Assembly (NCBI GenBank): GCA_964434475.1
Contig: CAYSVS010000003.1
Location: 1 to 46,859, forward strand
Length of the DNA: 46,859 bases
Source: an uncultured Methanosarcinales archaeon
Lineage (GTDB): Archaea > Nanobdellota > Nanobdellia > Woesearchaeales > CAYSVS01
Reading direction: 5' to 3'
The stretch's first letter is position 1. The number at the start of each line of letters is the position of its first letter. Shown here one piece after another: positions 34,202-42,743 of this stretch. A program made the position numbers and the translations under genes. The notes under the pieces were generated by a model, which was not told the DNA's origin, did not search any database, and saw only the letters and a list, made by a program, of their open reading frames with translations.

Positions 34202-35137
34202 TTATTGTTTTGTAAGCTTGAAATATATTAGATTTGTAAATATGGAATAAATGATGAACGCTATGAGATATGTCTTTATGAGTTCCATAATCATGACATT
34301 TGCAGTTACGGACGTATCTATTCCTGCAAGTATATAATATAAATATGTGCTTGATGCTTCGTTAATTCCAAGGCCTGAAAAACTTATAGGGATTAGCGAG
34401 ATTATTTTTACCATTGCTGAGACAAATAATATAAAATAAAAAGGTATTTTTTCTCCGAATGCCATGAATAAAAACCAAAAACCTATAAACGACATTGTCC
34501 ATTTGATCATTGTGTTCATCGTATTAAGGAGTAGATATTTTTTCTTTTTCTTCAATATGTATTTAAAAGTTTTTGAAAAACCAGTGAAATGCTTTGAATG
34601 TTTTCTTAAAATATATTTTTTAATTAGTGTTCTTATTTTTTCTGAGTAGATGAAGAATAAACCTGCTCCTAATACTATGCTGCATATAACCAATATGGTT
34701 AAGAATAGTTTGATGTTAAAGAACCAGATAAGTGATATTAAGGTTAAACAAACAAAAATAAAAAAAGTGATGATTTTATCTAATATAGTTAATGCTAAAC
34801 CTTCTCCATATGTTATGCCTTTTTTCCTTAAGAAAAATATCATAGAGAATTCTCCTAACCTTCCTGGAGATACTTGCCCTAAAGAATGACTCAGAGTTTG
34901 AGTCTTAAAAAGATAAATCAAGCTTACATTTTTTTCTATCGCTTTAAGAAGAAGTTTGTAGTTGAAAGCCGCAAATATCTGTACAGGGATATATACTAAA
35001 ATCCAAGGTATTAGCCAAAGAGGCTTAACTTTTTTGAAAACTTGCCAGATATTATTGATTCCTATGCTTTTAATAAATATGAATAGTATTATTATGCCTA
35101 TAGATATTTTGATTATGTTTTTGGTGATTTTTTTCAT
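34202..35137 (-). CDS. Polytopic membrane protein, flippase-like / LPG-synthase-TM (UPF0104) family
   Basis: About 8 TM helices. N-terminal KISIGIIILFIFIKSIG..IWQVFKKVKPLWLIPWILVYIPVQIFAAFNYKLLL. 4-nt overlap with the upstream GT2 gene. Confidence 0.5.
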   Translation of the reverse strand: MKKITKNIIKISIGIIILFIFIKSIGINNIWQVFKKVKPLWLIPWILVYIPVQIFAAFNYKLLLKAIEKNVSLIYLFKTQTLSHSLGQVSPGRLGEFSMIFFLRKKGITYGEGLALTILDKIITFFIFVCLTLISLIWFFNIKLFLTILVICSIVLGAGLFFIYSEKIRTLIKKYILRKHSKHFTGFSKTFKYILKKKKKYLLLNTMNTMIKWTMSFIGFWFLFMAFGEKIPFYFILFVSAMVKIISLIPISFSGLGINEASSTYLYYILAGIDTSVTANVMIMELIKTYLIAFIIYSIFTNLIYFKLTKQ

Positions 35138-36009
35138 TTTCTTTGCATGTCTGCTAAAAAACCAAATAGTCCTATTTGAATTCCTACAATAATCAATAAC
35201 ATACTAAGGATAACGCGAGGAATTCCTCCTGCAGAACCAGTATTAAGTACACAATAAAGTATGTATAGTCCAAGAATAGCTCCTGCTAAAATGAATATAA
35301 GTCCTATTCTTCCAAAGAACTTAAGAGGTTCATAATCCCTATAAATCCTGAATATGTTTATCCATGCTTTTATAGCATAATCTAAAGGGTTTTTGAATAG
35401 TCTGCTTTCTCTTGTTTTTCTTGTTGTTATAGGTATTTCTGTAACTTTCATGTTGGATTTTCCTGCTCTTATTAATTGCTCTTGTGTATATGTAAAACTG
35501 TTGATCAATGGCAATTTAGCAACGTCTGATGTGAATGCTCTGAATCCTGTTGTTGTATCTGTTATCTTTGTTTTTAATAGGCTCGAGAAAACTTTTGCAA
35601 AAGCAATATTTCCAATCTTTTTCATGATTGAACCACTATAATTGCCTTTTCCAAATCTGCTGCCTAGAATAATATCATTTCCTTCTTCTATTTTTTTAAT
35701 CATTATAGGAATGTATTTTGCAGGATACTGTCCATCTGCGTCAGTATGTATAATTATGTCTGCATTAAGTTTAATGCATTCTTCCATCTCTTTTTTGAAT
35801 GTTTCAGCGAGACCGAGATTTCTTTTGTTCTTTGTAACTATCGCTCCTGCTTTTTTTGCAATATCAGAAGTTCTATCTTTGCTTCCATCATCACGCACAT
35901 GTATTAGGTAATCATATTCTGTAGAATTCATGACTTCTTTTATCTCTTTGATTACTTTTGGCAGTGTTTTTTCTTCGTTATATGCGGGAATGGATATTAT
36001 GAGTTTCAT
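35134..36009 (-). CDS. GT2 glycosyltransferase with two C-terminal TM helices (polyprenyl-phosphate sugar synthase, GtrB/Dpm1-like)
   Basis: ISIPAYNEEKTL, DDGSKDRT, HTDADGQYP. C-terminal helices IGLIFILAGAILGLYILYCVL and ILSMLLIIVGIQIGLFGFLADM. Confidence 0.8.
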   Translation of the reverse strand: MKLIISIPAYNEEKTLPKVIKEIKEVMNSTEYDYLIHVRDDGSKDRTSDIAKKAGAIVTKNKRNLGLAETFKKEMEECIKLNADIIIHTDADGQYPAKYIPIMIKKIEEGNDIILGSRFGKGNYSGSIMKKIGNIAFAKVFSSLLKTKITDTTTGFRAFTSDVAKLPLINSFTYTQEQLIRAGKSNMKVTEIPITTRKTRESRLFKNPLDYAIKAWINIFRIYRDYEPLKFFGRIGLIFILAGAILGLYILYCVLNTGSAGGIPRVILSMLLIIVGIQIGLFGFLADMQRK

Positions 36010-36060
36010 GAATACTATATAACAACAAACTATTTAAATATGTTTTGTTTTTTATATTGA

Positions 36061-36747
36061 ATGAAAAGCAATTGGGACATAGTCTGGGAAAAGAAAAAGG
36101 TTGATTCTGATTATACTTTGAAGTTATATGATTTTCTTAAAAACATATCAAAAGGACTGCCAAAAAACGCAAGAATTTTGGAAGCAGGATGCGGATGTGG
36201 CGAAGGATTGTCTAGTTTCAAAGGGAAGATAACTTATGGTTTAGATCTATCTGAGAAATCTATTAAGCTAGCGAAAAGATATACTCCTAATCCTATTTTA
36301 GGAGATATTTTTGATATGCCTTTTAAAGAAGGTTTCTTTGATTTAGTATATAATTCAGGAGTAATTGAACATTTTAAATATCCAACCAATGTAGCTTCTG
36401 TAAAGGAAATGGCAAGAGTAACTAAAAAAAGGGGAAAAGTAATAATAATTGTGCCTAATAGATCTTGTTTATTTTATCAATTCTTTAAATGGTTATCAAG
36501 AAGGTTTAATACTTGGGATTTTGGGTATGAAGAGGATTATACCATAAAAAGATTAAGAAATGTAGTGGAAAAAGCAGGATTGAGAGTGAACTGCTTTTTC
36601 GGATTACAGGCTTTACCTCCTTTGGCTACTAATAATACTCAATTGTTGCCTAGGTTTTTGCGTATTCCTTTTATATATCTCGAAAAGTTATTTCCTTTTA
36701 AACAGTATTATGCTTATGGTTTAGGTGTAATTTGCGAGAAAAGGTGA
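36061..36747 (+). CDS. Class I SAM-dependent methyltransferase
   Basis: Motif I ILEAGCGCGEGL. FDLVYNSGVIEHF. Confidence 0.8.
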   Translation: MKSNWDIVWEKKKVDSDYTLKLYDFLKNISKGLPKNARILEAGCGCGEGLSSFKGKITYGLDLSEKSIKLAKRYTPNPILGDIFDMPFKEGFFDLVYNSGVIEHFKYPTNVASVKEMARVTKKRGKVIIIVPNRSCLFYQFFKWLSRRFNTWDFGYEEDYTIKRLRNVVEKAGLRVNCFFGLQALPPLATNNTQLLPRFLRIPFIYLEKLFPFKQYYAYGLGVICEKR

Positions 36748-37133
36748 ATAAATTGTATTCTTTGCTAAGTTTTCAAGCAAAAATAGATGTTGAAACTGGA
36801 AATATGGCTTATTTGAGAACTTTGAAGAATAAAGCTTCAATTTTGCAATTTGAAATCATTCATAGCAAAAATTAGAAATTAAAATTTCTATGAACAAAAA
36901 TCAAAGATTTTTTAGTGAATTAGCAACTTGTTTATACTCTTTAGTTCTTATTTTCATTGGTAACATACTTCGTCAATATTTGTGTTTTCAAAGATATTTT
37001 ATATACAAGTGCTATTATTTATGTTTGCTTAGGGTTTCATATTAGCAGCAATAAAGCCAATATTTAAATATTTAAGCAAGAATACAACTTCTTTAACTTA
37101 TTCAGAATATATCCTAAAGATAGGGGATGAAAG

Positions 37134-38204
37134 ATGAAAATATGTATTGTTGTTGGGACAAGACCTGAAATAATAAAGATGAGTCCTTTAATAAGGGAAT
37201 CTGTTAAGAGAGACTTAGATTTTTTTATATTGCATACAGGTCAGCATTATTCTTACAACATGGATAAATCTTTTTTTGAAGATCTTGAGTTGCCAGAACC
37301 TAAATACAATCTTGAAGTTGGATCTGCAACGCATGGTAAACAAACAGCAGATATTTTGATGAAATCAGAGCAGATTTTTATTAATGAGAAGCCTGACGTT
37401 GTTTTGGTTCAAGGAGATACTAATTCAGTTTTGGCTTGTGCTTTAGCTGCGTCAAAGATGCATATAAGGGTAGGACATGTAGAAGCAGGTTTAAGAAGTT
37501 ATGATAGGGATATGCCTGAAGAGATTAACAGAATCATAGCGGATCATATATCTGATTACTTGTTTTGTCCAACTGATGACTCTAAAGAAATTATCTTAAA
37601 TGAAGGAATAGATAAAAGTAAAATATTTGTTACAGGAAATACAATAGTGGATGCTGTATTACAGAATCTAAAGATATCTCAAGAAAAATCAAATATATTG
37701 GAAAGATTAGAATTAGATACTAAAAATTATATTTTAGTAACTGCTCATAGACCTTCCAATGTAGATAATAAAGATTCATTGAATAATTTAATGAGTGCTT
37801 TTAAATCAGTATCTGAGAAATACGAAGTTTCTCTTGTTTATCCCATACATCCAAGAACTAAGAAGATGCTTGAAAAGTTTGATATTAAGGTTCCTTCAAA
37901 ATTAAGGTTTATAGAACCTGCATCTTTTCTTGATTTTTTGCAATTGGAAGCTAATGCTAAGCTTATTTTGACTGATTCTGGAGGAGTACAGGAAGAAGCA
38001 TGTATTTTAAAAGTTCCTTGTGTTACATTAAGAGAAAATACTGAAAGACCTGAAACAATAAAAGTAGGTTCAAATATTCTTGCAGGTAATGATTCCGATA
38101 AGATTATTGAATCTGTTAATATTATGCTTTTAAAGAACAATGATTTCAAGAATCCTTTAGGTGATGGTAGGGCAGCAGAGAAAATAATGGATATAATCCT
38201 GTAG
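37134..38204 (+). CDS. wecB: UDP-N-acetylglucosamine 2-epimerase (non-hydrolysing)
   Basis: MKICIVVGTRPEIIKMSPLI, HTGQHYSYNM, VLVQGDTNS, HVEAGLRS, MPEEINR. Confidence 0.9.
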   Translation: MKICIVVGTRPEIIKMSPLIRESVKRDLDFFILHTGQHYSYNMDKSFFEDLELPEPKYNLEVGSATHGKQTADILMKSEQIFINEKPDVVLVQGDTNSVLACALAASKMHIRVGHVEAGLRSYDRDMPEEINRIIADHISDYLFCPTDDSKEIILNEGIDKSKIFVTGNTIVDAVLQNLKISQEKSNILERLELDTKNYILVTAHRPSNVDNKDSLNNLMSAFKSVSEKYEVSLVYPIHPRTKKMLEKFDIKVPSKLRFIEPASFLDFLQLEANAKLILTDSGGVQEEACILKVPCVTLRENTERPETIKVGSNILAGNDSDKIIESVNIMLLKNNDFKNPLGDGRAAEKIMDIIL

Positions 38205-38230
38205 ATTATTTAAAGATAATTCATTATCAA

Positions 38231-39649
38231 TTAATTTTTCTTATTGAACTTGATAACTTCAATATCTTTATATTTATAAGTTTCTATAATCTGGTATCCT
38301 TTATCTTCTATTTTGTCTTTATAATAATCTCCTGTTCTCCAGTTATGCGATAGTATGAGCCATATATTTTGTTTATCTTCTATTTTATTCCAGGTTTTTG
38401 TAAAATTAATATTATTCAGTTTTTCGTCTTTTCCTGATAAGAGCATAAAACTATTTAATCTATTTGGATAGTAATAGTAAAAAACTTCGGACATATAATG
38501 CGCATCGAAAAGCACTATATCTTTATATGAGATATTATTTTCAGCCAGTTTTGCAACTTTTGACCATTGTTCTTTAGTGGGTGTATTATAATAAAAATAT
38601 AATCCAAAACAATTAAAGATTAAAATAGATATAATCAATAAAGTTTTGATGTTTTTATTTTTTATAATGGAGATTCTATGTGCAAAAACTATGTATATGA
38701 TAGGAAATATGAACATAGTATATCTTAATAGGAACATCTTATAAGGCGACATGATTAGATCTAAAACATAAATATACGATATGCCTAGGATAATTAAGGC
38801 TATCAAAAAGTTATTATCTTTTTTATATATTTTTGTTGCAATATTATATGTTTTTCTTATATTTTTCTTATTTAACATCAGAACAAAAGATATTAATATA
38901 ATCAAAGCGATAATTAAAGATATCTCTAAAAAACCTCTGCTGCATATAATATATATTATTCTTAGCATTATAAAAATACTTACTTTTATTAAAGGTATTA
39001 ATATGGGGATGATTAATATAAATAAAATTATTTGAGAAAATATCCAATTATTTAATTTATTTTTACTCTCTTTTTTTATATGTGTCAAAGCAATGAATAT
39101 TATATTATATGCAACAAATAGTATTGCAGTTAGATAATGTGTGTAAAAACTAAGTGTTAATATTATTATGAATGGAACGAAATTCTTGTTACTTTTGACA
39201 ATGTCAATAAAAAATATTGACGATAATAGTGCAAGAAAAGACAACAAGGAGTAACTCCGTAATTCCTGCGCATACACTATCTGTAGCATTGCAGTGGACA
39301 TAAGAAGTGTACTTAATAATGCCGTTTTTGAATCAAATAATGTTTTAGATATCCTAAATATTATATATAAAGATGAAATACTGAACAAAACAGGCAATAC
39401 TCTTAATGCAAAAAACGAATCTCCAAATAAAATTCTCCATAATCTTAATGTTATATAGAATAAAGGTGGATGTCCTTCATCTTGCACTTCCCCTGAAGCT
39501 AAATCTATAATATTATTATCTGAATATGTTATGCTTGCAACTTCATCTACCCACAAATCTTCTTCTCCTAAAGCAATTAATCTCAATGCTCCCCCTATAA
39601 GTAATATTAAAATCAAGAGAAGCATTGTTTTTTTTATTTTTAAAGTCAT
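38231..39649 (-). CDS. GT-C fold membrane glycosyltransferase, family 39 (ArnT/PMT_2-like)
   Basis: More than 10 TM helices. First-loop motif GEEDLWVDEVASITY (DE motif). Soluble C-terminal domain. Confidence 0.7.
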   Translation of the reverse strand: MTLKIKKTMLLLILILLIGGALRLIALGEEDLWVDEVASITYSDNNIIDLASGEVQDEGHPPLFYITLRLWRILFGDSFFALRVLPVLFSISSLYIIFRISKTLFDSKTALLSTLLMSTAMLQIVYAQELRSYSLLSFLALLSSIFFIDIVKSNKNFVPFIIILTLSFYTHYLTAILFVAYNIIFIALTHIKKESKNKLNNWIFSQIILFILIIPILIPLIKVSIFIMLRIIYIICSRGFLEISLIIALIILISFVLMLNKKNIRKTYNIATKIYKKDNNFLIALIILGISYIYVLDLIMSPYKMFLLRYTMFIFPIIYIVFAHRISIIKNKNIKTLLIISILIFNCFGLYFYYNTPTKEQWSKVAKLAENNISYKDIVLFDAHYMSEVFYYYYPNRLNSFMLLSGKDEKLNNINFTKTWNKIEDKQNIWLILSHNWRTGDYYKDKIEDKGYQIIETYKYKDIEVIKFNKKN

Positions 39650-39735
39650 TATTTTTTATATTTTATTTGTTTATATAAATATTTCTGCTATAAATTCAAA
39701 AGTTTTAAATATGTTCGTTGAAAAACAAAAATAAA

Positions 39736-40434
39736 ATGATAACAATACTTATACCTGCATATAATGAAGAAGGAGTAATTGAGAAGTGTATACTACAAAT
39801 AGTTAAAGATGTCGATATCAAAGAAGGATACGAACTTCTTGTTGTTAATGATGGTTCTAAAGATAAAACATTGGATATCCTAACTAATCTTTCAAAGAAA
39901 TATAAACAACTGAAAATAATAAATCATCCTGTAAATAAAGGGTTAGGTGGAGCTTTAAGGACTGGCTTCAAGAACGCAAAAGGAAGAATTATAATTACTA
40001 TGGATTCAGATTTAACTCATCCTCCTGTTCTTATTAATAAGCTTGTTGAAGAGATGACTCCTGATGTAGATGTTGTATTAGCTTCAAGATATGTTAAAGG
40101 AGGAGGCATGAAAAATGTTCCTTGGTATAGGGTTATGATAAGTGTTGCAGCTAATAAGTTTTTTGGCATCATACTTGGAACAAGTGTAAAAGATATTACT
40201 GCTGGCTTTAAAGCTTATAGGGCTGATGTTATAAAAAGCATAAAGACTAAAGAAAGAAATTTTGAAGTGCAGCTTGAAATAATGGTTAGGTTAATAAAGA
40301 AAAAGACTAGATTTAAAGAGATTCCTTTGATGCTTGTCAATAGGGAAATAGGAGAATCTAAATTCAATTTGTTTAAGGCAGTACCTAAATATGCATTGAA
40401 TATTATCAAGCTTTTCTTTGTGAGATGGTTCTGA
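39736..40434 (+). CDS. GT2 polyprenyl/dolichyl-phosphate sugar synthase (Dpm1/AglD-like)
   Basis: MITILIPAYNEEGVI, NDGSKDKT, MDSDLTHPP. The track start at 39718 is a TTG, so the ATG at 39736 is preferred. Confidence 0.8.
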   Translation: MITILIPAYNEEGVIEKCILQIVKDVDIKEGYELLVVNDGSKDKTLDILTNLSKKYKQLKIINHPVNKGLGGALRTGFKNAKGRIIITMDSDLTHPPVLINKLVEEMTPDVDVVLASRYVKGGGMKNVPWYRVMISVAANKFFGIILGTSVKDITAGFKAYRADVIKSIKTKERNFEVQLEIMVRLIKKKTRFKEIPLMLVNREIGESKFNLFKAVPKYALNIIKLFFVRWF

Positions 40435-40492
40435 CATATGGCAAGGAATAATAAAGAAAAGTTTATATATTAACTTTTTATGTTTTAATTTT

Positions 40493-42412
40493 ATGAGTAT
40501 AATTACTATATTATTATTTTTTGTATATATGTGGGGATTGGGTTTTACAGTATCTAGTTTTGTAAAGCTGCCTGAAGATATTTTTGAAAAGATAACTTTA
40601 CTTTTAGGATTAGGATTAGCGACTTTTCCCATACTTTCCATAATACTTAATCTTTTTCATATTCCTCTTGATTGGAAAATATTTTTATTTTTATCTTTAA
40701 TATTTCCTGTCTATAAGTTGTTCAAGAATAAGAATCATTTAACGTTTCCTAAATTGCAATTTAAGCTTAAAAAATCTCATATTTATTATTTGATTGCTTT
40801 TGCGTTGTTTATTTTCGTATTTTCTGTCTATTTAAAAGGCTCTTTTGCATATGGCTATCTTGAAGATACAGATCCTTGGGGTCATAGTCTTGGAATTAAA
40901 TATATATCAATGGAAAAAACAGCATATGATCCTCAAGAGTATTCAGGAATGCTTGATCAAGTATTAACATATATGGACCCTTATCCTCCTGCGTACGATA
41001 TTCTTATGGCTATGCTTCTTCAAACATCTCAAGATATGACTTGGACATTAAAATTTTTTAATGCTTTGATCATTTCATTAGGTTATCTATTTTTCTATAT
41101 TTTTGCTAAAGAGTTTATGGGAGATAGTAAAAAAGCTATATTTGCAACTTTTGTTTTAGCAGCTATACCTTCATATTTAAGTCATTTTATTTGGGCTCAT
41201 AGCTTAGTCATAACAATATTTTTTCCTACCATGTATGCATATTTAAAGATAGATGAAAATAAAAAATGGGCATTTATTGCTGCAATAGGTACTGCTAGTA
41301 TTTGGGTTTCACAAAATTTGTCCCAACCAATAAAACTATCTTGTTTGATACTTTTGTTTATAATAGTAAGTTCAATAATTCATAAAAAAGTATTAAAATA
41401 TCATTTGGCTGCTTTAGTATCAGGAGGTATTTTGGCTTTAAGCTGGTGGGGCATGATGATCAAGAAGTATGGGGTGAGTGGGTTTTTGCATTATTATAGA
41501 TATGGGCATCATGTTAATATATCAGAAACAGTAGGAACTTCCTCTTTTGATTTTAATGGTATTATAAATATTGTAAAAGCGGTTTTTAATCCTGGTGGAA
41601 CCGCTTCAAGAGCTTATACTTTTTCAGATTTCTTTTATGCAAAAGCAAATAATATGATAAATAATCCTATAGGTGTGGGTTTCTTTTTATCTATACTTAC
41701 AATAATTGGATTATTCTATATATTGATAAAATACAGAAAAAGACTTGTTTTGAAAGAAAACAGTTGGAGAGCTGTTGCCATATTTTGGTTAATTTTTACT
41801 TTTTGGGGTGTTAATGGTATGACTTTTCCTGTTTCAATAGCTAAGAGCGCTTTTAGGACCTGGATGCTTATGGCTATACCTATTGCATTGATAGCAACCG
41901 AAGGATTGTATTTTTTAAAAAGTTTATCTAGAAATAAGATATATAAATTTGCAATTATTTTATTATTTGTAGTAGGAATATACTTTACTTCTGCAACTGC
42001 TAAGATTGCAGTAAATACGTCTTATTGGCCGACTGATTCTTTTGCTTCATTACAGGAAGCACAAGCTTATGCTGATTATTTTGACTCATTGCCTGAGAAT
42101 TCAAAAGTATTCTTGTATTCTCCTCAAGATAGACTTGTTGTTGGATTTGGTATGTATAGTTGTGGATGGTGTAAAAATATTCTTGATTTTAGAGAGAAAA
42201 TATTAGAGAAAAATTCAGAAGAATTATACCATTTCCTTAAGAGGAACGAATATGAATATTTTGTGGTTAACCCTCAGATGGATTTTAAATATTTCAGGAA
42301 TAAATATAATGATACTGAAAATTTATTGAATAAAAGGTATTCTCAAATATTAAATCATACTGGTCTTAAAATGATTCATCAGGATACTTTCTCTGTTTTT
42401 AAGATTGTTTAA
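40493..42412 (+). CDS. Large polytopic membrane protein (639 aa), probable GT-C fold glycosyltransferase of uncertain family
   Basis: About 13 TM helices. Acidic first-loop motif GYLEDTDPWGH. C-terminal soluble domain of about 130 aa. Immediately downstream of the Dpm1-like GT2. Confidence 0.5.
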   Translation: MSIITILLFFVYMWGLGFTVSSFVKLPEDIFEKITLLLGLGLATFPILSIILNLFHIPLDWKIFLFLSLIFPVYKLFKNKNHLTFPKLQFKLKKSHIYYLIAFALFIFVFSVYLKGSFAYGYLEDTDPWGHSLGIKYISMEKTAYDPQEYSGMLDQVLTYMDPYPPAYDILMAMLLQTSQDMTWTLKFFNALIISLGYLFFYIFAKEFMGDSKKAIFATFVLAAIPSYLSHFIWAHSLVITIFFPTMYAYLKIDENKKWAFIAAIGTASIWVSQNLSQPIKLSCLILLFIIVSSIIHKKVLKYHLAALVSGGILALSWWGMMIKKYGVSGFLHYYRYGHHVNISETVGTSSFDFNGIINIVKAVFNPGGTASRAYTFSDFFYAKANNMINNPIGVGFFLSILTIIGLFYILIKYRKRLVLKENSWRAVAIFWLIFTFWGVNGMTFPVSIAKSAFRTWMLMAIPIALIATEGLYFLKSLSRNKIYKFAIILLFVVGIYFTSATAKIAVNTSYWPTDSFASLQEAQAYADYFDSLPENSKVFLYSPQDRLVVGFGMYSCGWCKNILDFREKILEKNSEELYHFLKRNEYEYFVVNPQMDFKYFRNKYNDTENLLNKRYSQILNHTGLKMIHQDTFSVFKIV

Positions 42413-42656
42413 ATTGGCAAGAGAATCCATTTTGTGTTTGGATTGTCTGTCCGCCTGCTCCTAAGCAGCAATTGTTTATCTCTCTGTATTTGCTGCAATA
42501 TTCTGTCCCCTGTTTGTCGCATTTATCTTGTATACATTTTTCATAGCCTTCTTGACCTATATTTTTAGTTGCCATTAAACTAAAAACTATCATAAGGATT
42601 ATTAATCCATACATAACAAATAAAAGACTTTTTTGATAATTATTGATTTTGTCCAT
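42399..42656 (-). CDS. Small membrane-anchored or secreted Cys-rich protein (85 aa)
   Basis: TM/signal helix LLFVMYGLIILMIVFSLMA followed by six Cys (..KC..KC...YC...CC...C). A TATA box (RC of 42680-42687) lies about 27 nt upstream of the ATG. Confidence 0.55.
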   Translation of the reverse strand: MDKINNYQKSLLFVMYGLIILMIVFSLMATKNIGQEGYEKCIQDKCDKQGTEYCSKYREINNCCLGAGGQTIQTQNGFSCQFKQS

Positions 42657-42743
42657 CTTATCTATATATTTAGATTGTCTATTTAAATTTTTCTTATTAT
42701 TTTTATAATAAGATTTAAGTAGAAGTTATGCATATTGTGGTTT

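Noticed and set aside
19394-35911. Antisense ORFs inside well-supported enzyme genes (19394-19702, 21076-21528, 22108-22905, 24037-24372, 24921-25468, 29108-29494, 29825-30112, 30396-30978, 31540-31746, 34464-35192, 35393-35911).
   Set aside because: Each is fully embedded opposite a gene with strong family motifs and is rich in the residues expected from reverse-complemented AT-rich codons. There is no independent support for any of them.
40493-42412. Calling the 639-aa polytopic protein the oligosaccharyltransferase AglB/STT3.
   Set aside because: The only WW-containing string (LSWWGMM) lies mid-protein between TM helices, not after the last TM. I saw no WWDYG, DK or MI motifs, so only a generic GT-C candidate call is justified.
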